Of a stretch of DNA of 64,000 nt, positions 1-13,580 are shown in pieces. The notes beneath the pieces were generated by a model that ran no database searches, was not told where the DNA came from, and saw nothing but the letters and a program-made list of their open reading frames with translations. The stretch lies in NCBI RefSeq assembly GCF_009914755.1, contig NC_060930.1, one strand, 5' to 3'. The DNA is from the human T2T-CHM13v2.0 reference genome, Homo sapiens. Numbering within the stretch: position 1 is the stretch's first letter; each line of letters opens with the position of its first letter. The translations under genes were made by a program, and so were the position numbers.

Positions 1-244
1 ACATAATTTGTTCCAGAACATAGGGAAAAAAAACCATGGAAAGCAATCAAATCTATTACATGAATCAAGGATAATTCTGACAGCAAAATCTGACAAACAT
101 TATAAAAAAATGCTAAATACAGATCTCTCTTATAAATACAGATTCACAAATGAATCAATATTTGGAAATGTTTATGCCTGGCATTTATTAGCTACCCAAT
201 TAATGGCTTCCACATCACTAAAGAAAGCAAGGGTCTCAGAATGA

Positions 245-1750
245 ATTTCCTCAGTTTCCTGACCCCACATCTACACATTTGATTCACATATGAATCTATC
301 CTCACCTCATTTCCATTTCAGAGGGGGAAAAAAAGTCTTTTCTTTGTGCAAAAATAAAAGCTTCCAACTATGCTTTGGACCCCAACCTACAGGCAAATAA
401 GGATCCCTGCTCTGTCAGTTACTTCTTCTTAACTTTCTCTTAAGCCTCTTTCTCTCTATTGATTATTTCCTTTCAGCTGTTGAAAAGTTATCCCTCAGTT
501 CCACATCCTCCTCATTCATTACTTACTTAGTGACCACTTACAAAGCATCAGATGGGCTTAAGAGTCATAACCAGATAAAATACACTCCTTGCCTTCAATA
601 ATCTTTCCCTCAGAGGAAACCAGCTAAGTCATCAATTGCAGGGCAAGATGGTTAAGTGTTAAAATGTTGCTGTGCTCAGGTACCACTAGAGCTCATGAAA
701 GAAGGATCTGGGAAGTCTTCCTCTCTAGTCAATGTCACGTCTTTATTCTTTCCTCCATTGATTATCTTCTAAAAAACGGTAGATTCCATTTGTCATCTCA
801 ATTCTTTTCCTCCCATTAATCCCTCCTTCCACTGCCCTCAGAAATTCCCTGAAACTCCCTTTCCAGGGTCAAAAATAATTTTTTGTTCAAAATCCAATGA
901 TATTTTATTCCATGTGATGTTTTCCTTCCTTGTTGCATTTGATACTATAGATCATTCCCTCCTTGAGACTTCCATAACTACAAGCACTTCTGCTTTTATT
1001 TCTTCCTCTTTGGCCATTCTTACTTATTCTTTTTAAAAGATTCCTATTCTTCCACACAGCTCTTTATTATGGTTGAACTGTGCTGTCCAGAAACACTGGC
1101 TACTTTCATTTTCTCAATCTGCACACACTCTCTCAATACACATTCTCTCTCATCAAGTTTCATGGTTCCATCCACTACCTAAATGTGGCTTCTAGTCCCT
1201 ATTTACAGTCTGTACCTTCTCTTTTGGAGTCCAGATTCAAACCTACAGCTCTCTACTGAATCTCTCCAAATGAATGCCTAAATGGTTTCTCAAACACATG
1301 TCCAAAACGAACTTAGTATCTTCTCAAATCTTGCTGCTCTCTACACATTCTACCACAATGCAAAGCATCACTGTGTACTCCATTTGTCAAACTATCCTCT
1401 GTTCCCTCCCCTAGCCCGCTCCCCCATCAATCTAGGACATCAGGTCCTAGTCTCTGTACTTGTTTGGGTCTTTTTAATTTGTCACTTCTCTACCCTGACA
1501 TCCTCAGGTTCAGGCCATCAGTAATTATTACTTGTATTACCACAGAAGCTGTGTACATTTTGTCCTTGCCTTTTTTCGTGCATCCTAATACACGTTTTTA
1601 AAAAATTTCCACTAGGAATATCTTTTAAAGGGCAAATCTGCTAACTAAGGTCACTCCCTATGTGTAAATTTCTTCAGTAATATTTCCAGATTTTTAGCAA
1701 ATTATACAAGGCCCTCATGACATCACTCCTATGTCCCTCCTGTCTCATCT
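245..1750 (+). mobile_element. L2 LINE, degraded ORF2/3' region (an antisense L2 3' piece is probably nested at ~510-725)
   Basis: Pyrimidine-rich sequence with L2-like motifs: aaatccaatga...gcatttgatactatagatcattccctccttgagact (890-970), acacatgtccaaaacgaactt (~1293), gcaaatctg...tcactcccta (~1632). Boundaries approximate. Confidence 0.6.
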
Positions 1751-2256
1751 CCCTGTGGTTGATAGTTTTGTGACTATGGTTTTTATTTCTTAGCCGACAG
1801 GAGGTGTATGTTTTGACCAGAGTTTGAAAATCAATGTCTACATGCACATGAATGCCCTCAGCTAACTCCCACCTGTTCTCTTCACTCTCCTTGTGACTAC
1901 GTCAATCACTTTTTTACATAAAAACTGTCATTTCTCACCTCCTCCCCCAGATTATTTACAGGTTCTGACCTCTCTTAGTAGCGAGAGACTAGTGGCCCTT
2001 TATCAGCTCGTTCTATCTCTACACCTTCAATAAACACTCTTCTTCTCTAAGTATTCTGTACTTCAGGTATGCTGAACACTCCTAACTTGTAATATACTGC
2101 AAGGCAGTTAGATGTTCTCTAAAAACTTGGAAGTGTGTTTCCAATTAAGGGTTCAAATATTAAAATCAATATAAAATGAATTAGAAAACACATACAAAAT
2201 CAACATAAAACCAGAAATGTATTTCATTATTAACTTCATGGAATAATGGAATGACC

Positions 2257-2311
2257 TTTTGTTTTTTGTTCTTTTTAGAGACAGGGTCTTGCTCTGTCAC
2301 CCAGGTTGGAG
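2257..2311 (-). mobile_element. Alu 3'-end stub (AluJ-like; ~35 bp of body plus tail)
   Basis: T-rich tail followed by gagacagggtcttgctctgtcacccaggttggag, then an abrupt loss of Alu similarity; no TSD seen. Confidence 0.8.
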
Positions 2312-4009
2312 ATGAGAGTGGGGAGCTATTTGGAAGAGGGGAAGCAAGAGGACATAAGTTTGGCCATAAACATTTTGTAAGGAGAGGGTGTCCTGTGGGT
2401 CAGGATGTCACTGACATAGCGACATACTCTGCATGTTATCACAATGAAAGGCTCATATGCATTCTGCATTTAAAGCAGATGCTCTTCCTCTGATCTCACA
2501 AAGCAATTTTTGATAATTCTAGTCTTCTACATGGGGACAGACTTCTCTATATAGGATGACACAAAGGTTTTGTGCAAATAAATTAGATTTATCATAGTAG
2601 ATAAATAAATTAGAATTCTAGTTCCTTATATCGTGTTTTGTGAGTGAGGTTTGCTGGTCTGCATTTATCTTCCCCATTCTTTCAAGTCTGGAACACTAAA
2701 GACTGAATGATTAAGTCTGCAGGGCTGAGTATAGACTCTGAAATGTACTGAATTCACCAGGGGGAAAAAAAAACGATAAAATACTATGAAGAACTTGGAT
2801 AGCCTTTCCAGGTCACACTTCCTTTGTCTCACTCTGAGCCTGTGTACACATTGTCCTCTGTCAGCAGAAATGTGATCTTCTCTGAATCTTTCCCCTCCCA
2901 CGCAATCCATGGCTCAGTCGCTGTCTGGTGCACTCTCCCACCACTTTCTTATTGCCTTTTCTCCCCGTATCTTGCAATTACTTGTTTATGTGTCTGTGAG
3001 CTCCTGTGCCTAGCACATAATTGATACTCATAAATGCTCATTTAATCAACTAACTCACATCCTGGTCTTTGGGCCAATTCTTTTTCCTTTATTTTTCTTT
3101 AATTATTAGACCGAACATGAAATAAGGTGCTTTCTTGGGAACCAAGGCTGATGCTATTATCATATAAGACTTGTACAATTTGGTTGGAAGCCACATGTTT
3201 TAGAAACTTTTTACTGCATCTACTCATTTATCTTCAAATTATTTTCAGCTTCAGTTAAGCACAGCAGCCTCTATAGCATGGTTACTTAACTGTTCTTGCC
3301 ATAGATCTAGATGTGACTATAATTTTTTTGTTTTGGTTTGGTTTGGTTTGTTGCTATTAATACCACTGGGCTCACCCTCATGTACGATTTTGTCTTTCAG
3401 TAAAGTAGCCATTTAATATATAATAGAGGAAGGCTTTGAGTTCTAAAAGGTCTTGACTGTGTAAAATACTCTTGTAACCTGCAGCTTATAGAATCAGGGC
3501 ATGTCCTAATGGTTCAGTAGTTTAAGAGGTGTTTGAATTATTAGGTGAGGGAAGTCACTGTAACAGTTAAGCAAAATAACTAAATACATCTGAAGCCATA
3601 TAATTTAATGTATTAGGAGCAGATCTTTTGAAAATTTCCAGAAAGTTATCCAATATCCTATTGACTAGCATTTTCAGACAAATTTTATAGCTCAAACCCT
3701 CAACTTAAGTGCCTATGTCGTCGACTCAGGGAGAAAGAAATGGCATAATGGTAACTCTAGCCATAGAAAAAGTGCTGTTTTTTAGTACACTATTGTTTCC
3801 CAGCAAGTATTGTAATTGAGAAGAAACTTCCCTTAAATGTGCTAAATCAATTAATTACCCCCACACACTTGCTTTAACATTCTGCACTATTGAAACAACT
3901 TCCAGATGTCACATTTGCTAATAATTCTTTCTTCATCATGTTTCAGTAAGTCTACTGTATTACTGCAGCTAGGAAGGTAGAGAGGCGCAGAGCCGTGGCC
4001 CTTTGTTAT

Positions 4010-4215
4010 AAGAATCACTCTGCTGATGAGCTAAATCTTGGCATGGACACAAACTAATTTGCTATCTTGGGTAAATAATTTACTCATTTTCTACCTTGAC
4101 GTCCTCATCTGTAAAAAATGGGAGTAGTGATTGGTGGTGCTGAGGAAGCATTAACAAAAATGGATATAAGGAATTCTATGTTTTGCAAAGAACTACACAT
4201 GTGCTTAGTAGTAAT
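4010..4215 (+). mobile_element. MIR SINE fragment
   Basis: Core motif cttgggtaaataatttactc...cctcatctgtaaaaaatggg. Confidence 0.65.
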
Positions 4216-6409
4216 CATAGTTTGATGTTCCTCATGTTCTTGCATAAGGATGACCTCATTAACTCATTTTCCCATTGAGAAAGTGTGTATGGCAACACTG
4301 TGCTCTGTTTGCTATTAAATGCAGTCTTTTATTGTTTAGAGTCAAATGCTTGTTTTATTTTAGCACATTTAAAAAAAATGTTATTCTAACATACTCAACA
4401 AATTAGATTTCTGAAGTCCACTGTTGTGAAAAACCTGAATAGCATCCTGTTTACCCTAATAGTAAGTTTTATTCATTAAATGCTATTTTACAACATGAAG
4501 AGATACATTTGGAGTTGTTTTGCTGCTTTAAATTTTTTAGAACCTTTAAAATCACATCATCATTAGTTGAACTTATTCTTAAGTTTTGGATATTCTACTA
4601 ACATAAAAGCATAAGGCAAATTTGCTTTCAATAATTTTCTTCAAGCTTTGTACTTTATTAGAAATAACTCATTTATAGAAAATCTTTTATTGCATTGGTG
4701 GTGAGAATAAACACATAGTTCTCAGTGACTTTTATTATTTATTATAAAGTAATTTGGCAGGGTGTTGTGTAGGCAACTAAACGAAATAAAAGATTAATCA
4801 GAACTACCAATCTTTTTCTGATTTGCAGAGTAACAGAAAACAGCAGCCTAGCCCTGTTTTACTCCCCGAAGGTTTAGTTCAGTATGTGCCAGTGATGGAA
4901 AACATCGTCCGCCTATAAAGCAACAATTAGGGCTGGTTTCCATTGACTCAATCAGTTAAATGTAAAAATACAAAAGACCAATATAAAATAAGCCCTCTTC
5001 TGTGAGGCTTCACATGCCAGAAACGTGAACACCCTTGGATATGTGTTACTCCTGCTATTTACCAATGCTCCAGTGGAATTTTTAGGTTTAAAAGTTCATA
5101 TTTCAGTTGCAGAATTGAATACAGAAGGGTAAAAGTCAGCAATTTTTTCCCTCGGTTATAGTAGAGTTTAGGGAAAAAGACATGGCTGGAAGAAAAGAGA
5201 GCTAAACTCACTTTTTTGATAAGGCTATAGTCAAAGTAAGGCTAATAGATAAATCATTGAGCTTCTTCGTATATTTGTTTTCTTATATGTGCCTTCTATT
5301 AATGGATATAAAATATTAGAGAAAGTGCAGCCTACTCAAATTTGCCAGCATTCTTGTAAAGAAGCACATTACTCAGAAATATTTTTTGAAAGAGGCCTTA
5401 TTAACATATACACAGTTCTCCATATATTTTGATGACAGGGCAGCAGAAGTTATTTGTATTAATATCTATCTATGCAAAGTAGAACCTTAAAAATCAACTA
5501 GAAAGAAATGTTAGCGAACAATTTCTGGCTTGAGGAAAGATGTGAAATTAAGATGTTTTCTGCAAAAAGGCTAAGATGATTATAACAGTTCTAGGTCATG
5601 AAATGCTAGTGTACATTCACTAATAATCAAGTATTTATTATTTACATACACACATATTTTGAGTTATATAGAATGAATTTAGGTTAAATGAATGTTTGAG
5701 ATATGTAGAATGAATTTAGTCTAAATATAGGAAATATCTGCCTGGCATTGAAGGTAGAGAATTGAGAGTAATCACTAACATAGTTGTCTTCAGTTACAGC
5801 AAATAATATTGCGGTGTATTAGCTACATTTCTGCTTGAGAGGAAGGGAGGTAACTGGTGATGCTTAAAGGGCTTTTTCAATTTAACTCTTCTTTAAAAGT
5901 GTACCAAGAAGCCATTATATTAATAAGATGTTGCTGTTGTTGTATCGGTCACTTTGTTAATAACCTTTCAACCAGTTTGAAGTGTTCCAAAAAAACCAAA
6001 CATTTTTACAATTGCCTCAGAGGATGCGAAAAGTACTTAATTTCTATAAATGCTTCTTCTCCTAAAATTTTGCAAAAACTGATATATTATTAAATTAGCA
6101 CAATTCTGCATCACTTGCTCCCTGATGACATAAGGGCCTTTGCTTCAGATTGGTAGGAATACGTATAGTTTTTGCATTTTTCTTGGTGGGTGGAATAAAA
6201 TAAAAGCTTCACGTCTCTGGGTTCTCTGCCCTAGGCCTGGTGTCACGAGTATTTGTCCAGTTTTGTTCCAAAACAAGAAATTAAAAGTGAAGGAGGGGAA
6301 ATTTCCATTCTGGTTAGAATGAGAGTGGAGATGAAACACAGAATGACCAGGCTTCCTGCTGAACCTCCATAATTTACCGAATAAGAGTTAACACTTCTTA
6401 ATGAGCTGA

Positions 6410-6670
6410 TGATTACCAGGCCTTTAGCCATCTGGCTCTGCTTATGTCTCTCACCTCATCTTCAGTTCCTTTTCTAGTGTTTCTACCCGCTCAGCATACC
6501 AAACTACTTTCAGTCTCCTCAATGTTACATCCTTTCACCTCAGAATCTTTTAAGTATGAATTCTTCTGCCCAGAACATGCTTTCCTCTATTCAGGCAGTA
6601 ACTATCTAACTTTAACATGATTTTCTCCTAAGAATCTTGAGTTAGCTGGTTTTCTTTACTTGTATTGTCA
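6410..6670 (+). mobile_element. L2 fragment
   Basis: aggcctttagccatctggctctgctta...ttcttctgcccagaacatgctttcc resembles the L2 3' region. Confidence 0.55.
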
Positions 6671-6679
6671 CTATACTGC

Positions 6680-6920
6680 CTACTGTAGACTGTTGTGTTC
6701 AAATTCTAGCTCATTGTTCTGTAATGCACTTTCATGCAATGCAGCATCTTTTTCTAGAGTGCTTTGTATCTAAGATTCTGGATAAAAATTAGATTCTGTC
6801 ACTTAGATGCATCTGTGGAAGATATGGAAGAGAAAGTGAGATGGGATCATCTTTTCACACCTTTCAGCTATTTCTACTGGCTCACAAGGTGATGGAGACA
6901 TAAAACTTTTCTAAGGTAGC
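6680..6920 (+). mobile_element. ERVL LTR33-like 5' fragment
   Basis: ttctggataaaaattagattctgtcacttagatgcatc...tggaagagaaagtgagatgggatcatc resembles the recalled LTR33 consensus. Confidence 0.45.
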
Positions 6921-7401
6921 AAGCTAGTTGCAAGGGGCAACAATGATATATTTGTATCAGACCACAGCTATGAAAAGGTGGAGTTCTTGTGTTCAATAAT
7001 TACAATGGCAGCTCAAAAAAAAAAAGGCCATCAAGATAATTATTTCATATTATGTAGAGGAAAAAGTAACACCAAGTTTTTCATTATTTCCTATAGTTTC
7101 TAACAACCATGTTTATCACTATCATAGCAATCTTTTAATCAAACTCTGTAGAAACTTTATATTGCGAATTTAAGAACAGTATGTAGAAGGTAAATTGATG
7201 AAGCATAAGTTGATCCAAGGTAGAACTGTTAACCAGAGATCATCTTTGTCATTTGCATCTCTAGACAAGCCTCAATATAAGGTTATGTATGATACTTTTT
7301 ACAAGCATGACTTTGACATTTGCAAAAGAAACTCTATCATTCTATCTCATATAATATTATTCAGATTCTCAACTACATAAGGAGAAATAGCAGTTAAATT
7401 T

Positions 7402-7748
7402 TGATATGTTTTGGCTGTGTCCCCACCCAAATCTCATCTTGAATCTTAGCTCCCACAATCTTCATGTGTCATGGAAGGAACCCTGTGGGAGGTAGCTGAA
7501 TCATGGGGATGGGTTTTTCCTGGGCTGTTCTTGTGATAGTGAATAAGTCTCACAGGATCTGATGGTTTTATAAAAGGCAGTCTCTTGCCTGCCGCCATGT
7601 AAGATGTGACTTTGCTCCTCCTTCATCTTCCACCATGATTGTGAGGCCTCCCCAGCCATGGAACTGTGAGTCAATTAAACCTCTTTTTCTTGATAACTTA
7701 CCTAGTCTTGGGTATGTCCTTATAGCAGCGTGAGCACAGACTATTACA
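7402..7748 (+). mobile_element. MaLR solo LTR, THE1 family (THE1C-like)
   Basis: Starts tgatatgttttggctgtgtccccacccaaatctcatcttgaa and ends acagactattaca; attaaa polyA signal; 5-bp TSD aattt/aatat. Confidence 0.93.
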
Positions 7749-8329
7749 AATATTGTTTTGCATTTCTATCTGTGTGGAAAATGAAAAGGAAAACACCTTA
7801 TATCACCAAAACCATTTCATAACTCCCAATCACCTTAAGTACTAGACAAGGTAGTATCTTAATTTTCCCATTTTTTTCTGAGACTAAGCTCTAAAAAAAC
7901 CGAACACAATTAGTCGGTGCTAATGTAAACAAATTAATAGCAGGTACTCAGAAAGTGACAGGAGAAATTAAGAGTGTGCCGTCATAAAAGGTAGAAGCAA
8001 AACAAAAGGCAAATCTACTACATAAGGGGATTGGAAATGATAACAGGTTAAGTCATTGAACAACCAACAAGGTGATTTTGGGGGTATGATGGTGGGAGCA
8101 AGCAAACAGTCTAACCCTTGAAGTCATAAGTTAACTTCAAAGCACCGTTTAAAAAGGGTGTGGCTATTATAAATTTGAAAATAGTTACACAGATTAATTT
8201 GGTTAAACATTAGGATCCATCATGCTGTGAACTCTTAAATTTCTCTAACCACTGTCCTGTTGTGCTCTTATTTTGAAGGGCTAATTTCTTCATGATCATT
8301 TAGCTCCCCACTAAAATCCAGCTTCTGCA

Positions 8330-8735
8330 AGATATCTCCTAAATACCTCTAGGTAAAAGGATCCTATCCCTTCTTTCCTTTAATACATTGTCATACTCTT
8401 TTTGATGTCAACATTAGTAATAGTCTGTTGTATGCTGTTACTTAACTATGACAGTCTGTAGTCCCCTGCCTCAGCGCTGATGGTAGCATTATGCATTTAG
8501 ATGGTTCCCTGTGAACCTTTATTGAATGAATGAAAGACCTGGTAAGGTTTGCCAGAGCAGATATAGTGAGGCACAGCCTAAAAAACAAAGCTCCATAATA
8601 AGAGTAAGAGAAATGAGTCTCAGCTGAGCCGGTAGCTGGCTTAGTAACTAAGGCAGTCACTAAGGCCTTTAGGACCTTGATTTCCTCATCTGTAAAGGGA
8701 TCTCTAAAGCCTCATCCAGTTTAAATGTTCTTGTA
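8330..8735 (+). mobile_element. L2 3' end (ends tgaatgaatga, ~8533) followed by MIR/MIR3 fragment
   Basis: L2 terminal tgaa repeats; MIR core gatttcctcatctgtaaa and tctctaaagcctcatccagttt. Confidence 0.55.
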
Positions 8736-9169
8736 GTATCTGGATGCTATAATATACTCGAATAATGCCTACTTGAGTTGGCATCACCAGTATATAAGTA
8801 CGTATAGAAATAAACAATAATGTGGTCGTTAAAGGAAACCACAGAATTATAGATTTACTTCTTTAGTTTGTACACATAGAAACAGTGCCATAAGATATTC
8901 CTTTGCATGAAACATGATTCTGAAAACAACTTTCCACTAAAAATGCTACATGAACTATAAAACTCCTTTAGCTAAAAGTGTTTCATGTACCCTAAAAAGA
9001 CAGAGAAACCAAAAAGAGAAGACCATGTTAATGATATGTAAACTGATGGTAGGAAAGGATTAATGGCATGCAATCTTCTTTAATCAACATTTTGTGTCAT
9101 AACATAAGGAGGTGTCATTTCACCAAAGGAAAACAGAGGTTACAATCTAATTCCTCTGTTAATGGTAGC

Positions 9170-9229
9170 TGGTTATGATTTTTTTGTTGTTGTAACCTGG
9201 TACCATCCCTACCGATGGTTATGATTTTT
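9170..9229. mobile_element. TSD-flanked 32-bp micro-insertion (probable inverted L1 ORF2 snippet plus degraded polyA)
   Basis: 14-bp direct repeat tggttatgattttt at 9170-9183 and 9216-9229, flanking ttgttgttgt plus aacctggtaccatccctaccga. Confidence 0.6.
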
Positions 9230-9340
9230 ATATAAAAATTGATACATGTCCAGAAATATTTAACCAATATCACAGCCTAAGAAGTTGAATCCTTCTTAAA
9301 CTTCAAAAAAATAATAAAATAATAAAAGAAAATGTGGACC

Positions 9341-9399
9341 GTGTGTGTCTACATGTGTGTGTGCATCTGTGTGCATGCACAAGTGTGTGTGCATGCGCA
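9341..9399. repeat. Degenerate (TG)n/(CA)n microsatellite
   Basis: Alternating purine-pyrimidine tract gtgtgtgtctacatgtgtgtgtgcatc... Confidence 0.75.
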
Positions 9400-10428
9400 C
9401 TGGTAGCAAGGACAAAATGGAGACATCTTTCTTTGACTATAATGCTGTTGATTTTGTTACATGATAACTTTTACTTTTTAAAATACATTGTTAACTTAAA
9501 GGAAAAAGTGTTGTGAGTTAACTACAAAAATTGTGGTGTGGCTTTGAACCATTGTGAAGTCTTTGGATATAAAGATGACATCTCACATTTCTTTTGGCTT
9601 ATGGCACCTAGTCCAGTGCTTGGCACATGCTAGGTGTTCAATACATGTTTATTGAATTGGGTTTCCATTTGTGAGACCCATTCACTATTGATATATTATT
9701 ATCAGGGCAGTAATCATATAAGCAATCACAAGACCATTAAATTGACACAAGGAGTATTAATTAGAAAGAAAATGTCAATATTCACAGACCCTATTTGGCC
9801 CTTAAATTATATGGTCCCTTCTGATTACATGGTTCTTTATAATAATTATATGGGCCTTATACTATATGGGCAGCTCTGACTGATAAGCCAATGTAATCCT
9901 TTCCCCTTTCCAGGTTCTAGGATTCACCAACACCAAATTGGTTGCTATGCCATACTTTTCCTTACCCACAATGCTTAGTCATTTATGACATAGATGAGTG
10001 ACTCCAATGCTGGCTCAGACAATATACCAATCAGGTTGTTCATTCCCAGATTCAATACTAATTTCCGCATCCAATACTTGTGAATATGAAAATGTAAACC
10101 ATTCCCCTTTCCATTTAATTTAAACCTTTATTTTTATTAATTCCCTGAGTTACCATATCTTTTTTCTATATTCCCCCCAACAGAATCATCTCAAGTATTT
10201 ATGAGCTTTAATCATCAAATAACATACTGACTCTATCATCACTCCACTCTCAAACTTTATGATCTTCAACTTTTAAGTCTATCATAACAGCAAAGATCCT
10301 CCAACTCTTTGATCAACTCCTAGAAATATCTTAGAGATATCTGCCCTAGATTTAGAAATAAGCTGTGAATAGGAGTATAATCTGGAAAATGGTATTTTTA
10401 TGTTGGAATTTTGTTTAAAAGTAAAAGT

Positions 10429-10501
10429 GAAGGGAGGGGGGAAGACAGAGAAAGAGGAGAGAAAAGGAAAAAAGAGAAAAGAGGCAGAGAGAGAGAAGGA
10501 G
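10429..10501. repeat. GA-rich polypurine tract
   Basis: ~70 bp of almost only A/G. Confidence 0.8.
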
Positions 10502-12914
10502 TTTCTACAAATTCACTAAAGAATTTGGTCAAGCTGTAATTTCAGCCACTGTAAAAGCTGACAGATTTCTCATTGAAAGCTACCAGACACTCTTCTGTTT
10601 AACAACAACACATACCATGTGTTCAAGAGCAAAAGTATGCCATTCAGCTAGGAAGATAAAAAGCTGTTTGTCCGATTTCTTAATATGGGAAGAAATACAA
10701 ATAAAGATTTTTTATCTTCCTGTTCTTTTTCTAGGACTTTTGACTGTTTAAGCTGAATAATGATAGTGATGATGATGGTTATGATGCATGAATGAAAATA
10801 TTGCAAATATCTCTGCCAGTAAGAAAGAAATAAAGTTTTAAAAGCTACAAAATTTCCTACCCCAACTCAAAGATAAAACAACATTAAAAGGTAGAGATAG
10901 GTCCTTTTATGTATGCATAGATATCCACATACATTTACTTGGTCTACCATGAATTGCATGTAGTTTTTTACTCCACTGAAGCCTAGATAATGAGTCAAAG
11001 CGAATGGTACAACCAGCTGACTTAGTACATTCATTCCAACTGCTGATCAAGTCCAATAAAATCAAAACAAAAAAATTAGCCAACTGAGCTCTTTAGCTGT
11101 AATGGTTGATTGACCAAATAATACAGCCAACACTGCCAGCCAGACTAAGATCTCAGCCGCTCATTGGCCAGTTAAAGGAAGGCAGCCTCTTGTGACTGGA
11201 TATGTAATGGCTCTTTCATCAGCTGCTCAGTCTATCTTGGGGTAAACCCAAAACAACTCCTGAGTTGAGAGGTTTATGCTTTTTAAAGAACCTGAAATAA
11301 AATATTATATTTTGCTTAGACTTAGACCAGTGTCAAATCTTATCACTCTTCCCACTGGCTGTCGGTCACTGTTGAGTTTTCTCTGACTGTTAACTCAACA
11401 TCAACAATTCAAATTTTTCAGCTGGTTCATTGCAGCCAAAAGGATCATGTTATTAGAACATTCAAGATACAGATTAAATTGTATATCAGGGGCTGCCTGC
11501 CATCTTAGCAGTATGGAGGCATGCATTTTCAGGGCTTTAGCTGCTGCTTGTTTTTGTGCATGAACAGGAAATATTGTTTAAAAAATTGTGCTGTGAATGA
11601 CAAGAGTAGAAATGAAAAAGTATCATTGAATGATTTTCTATAGTGATGAAGAATGAAATTTTTATCACTTTCAGCTTTGCTCTTACATCTGTTTCCTGGA
11701 AAGAAGGAATTCAGTGCCAGTAACAAGTATGCTAATTACAATTTGGGCCATAGCTTCAAAATCTTTAAGTAAATGCTGAATGCTTTAGTTCAGTCAGGAA
11801 ATTTGCTAAGACACATTTCTTCTGACAGCTGCCAAGGAGAATGTCTGTTTTTAATACTTGAAAGATATACTATATTTGCACTTTTCAATAACTACAGTTT
11901 TACAGCTCCTATTGGAGTCTTGCTGAGCTCCTGACTACATTTTTCAGCATTGAATGTCATAAGGTAGTTCACTTAAAATAGGTTTTATTATTATTATTAT
12001 TATTTTTTTTAGTGCCAACCATTCAAAGTCTCTGGACAGCATTTAGTTCAGAGTCAAAAGAGCTAAATCTTTTGCTTTTTTATTCCATGTAATCTCAGTG
12101 TCATTGAATGACAACGGACCTAAATGTCCAACCTGCTGGTAACCCCAGTGCTCAGGTTTAGGAGCATAGTGGGAGTACAGCCCAGCCAACCTCATTCATT
12201 CTGGCCATCTTCATGGGCAATAATGGTCTTCTTACCCAGGTCCATTGCACCATGATCTTTATTATTTTCAGATAATCAGAAAAATAAGCATTGCTGTACA
12301 ATGATGTCTTCATTTCTTTTGCTTAAAACTGGCATAATACTTCAATTGAAGCAACCAAATTAGTGACAAGTAGGAAAGATTTTCCAGGTCTAAGTTTCTT
12401 GCTCATTATGTTTATAAAGAAAGTAGTAAAGGCAAAAGTAGGCTTCATTTCAAAGAATCTAGCTCATTAACGTATCAAAGAAGACTTGTGTAAATATTTT
12501 ACATAAGCTTCTTTCATGGCTTCTACCTCTTCTTCCCTACAGTAATAAAGAAACCTGATTCCTGTCTATCAAGAAAAATCCAAATTTATTTACAGCTGGA
12601 TGGACGTGGGCCAAACTGTTTTCCTTAGCATGACTTTGGGTTGTCCTTTCACTGTAGACTTGCTCAGCATATGATTTCAATATGGTTGAAATGAATGCTG
12701 ACTTTCCAAAACAGGCAACAGTCTGAAAATCTTGGCAGTTTATGGGCAAATGACCTATTTTTTCTGCTTGTTTAAACTGTTTAATAAAACCTCAGGAGAA
12801 ATACTAAAAATACTCAATGCCTTGAGATTGTTTTTTTCAATAAAACCAATTGAATTGATCTTCTTCGCAGAAGGAGAAGAAGCAAATAAATACTTAATTA
12901 TCCATAATTATCAA

Positions 12915-13165
12915 CACCACCAGCAATGCCTTTGCCATTTCTATAGTCTGCTGTAGGCCAGGGATTGTAATAGATACTTAAAGTGCAACATCTCATTCAA
13001 TATCCATAAAAATCATGTAAGGTATATACTCTTATTCAATTTCATAGATAAGGAAACTAAGTTAGAAAAGTAATGTGGCTTGCCTTATGCTATACAACTG
13101 AAATATGGCTGAGCTGAAATTTATATCCAGGACTGTTTAACCACAAAATGTTTTCTCTTCCCAAT
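12915..13165 (-). mobile_element. MIR SINE
   Basis: atctcattcaatatccataaaaatc...atttcatagataaggaaactaag...gcttgccttatgctatacaact is an antisense MIR core. Confidence 0.75.
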
Positions 13166-13580
13166 CACTTTTCTTGGAGCAAGGAAAGTAGTAGAGGGCA
13201 TGGCAGGTTTTTCCCAGATGAATTAAGTAGCAAAATATGTGCTTTATTATTTGATCTATCTAATCACCTAAATGGCATCTGGGCTTAAAATATTGATAAA
13301 ATATATCATGAACTGCGTAAGTCAGGAAACTTGCTTTATATGTCTGACATCATCAGAACACAAAACACAGGAAGGTGTTTGTAGATTAGAAATTCTGTGA
13401 ATACTTACAACTGACTGCAAACTATATCTAAGTGAACATCTGGTCCAGAACCAAAATAACAAAGAAGCTAGAAGTGTTATTGTTAGAAGAAGGGACAGTA
13501 ACTTACAGAAGAATCTCAAATTTTCTCAGATTTTTTAGATAATTTCAGGCCCATTTAATGCCTGAACTACATATAATGCT

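Noticed and set aside
9132-9160. Small hairpins (aacagagg/cctctgtt here; cccatcc/ggatggg at 48781-48800) as terminators
   Set aside because: 7-8-bp stems are frequent by chance, and intrinsic terminators are not relevant to mammalian nuclear DNA.
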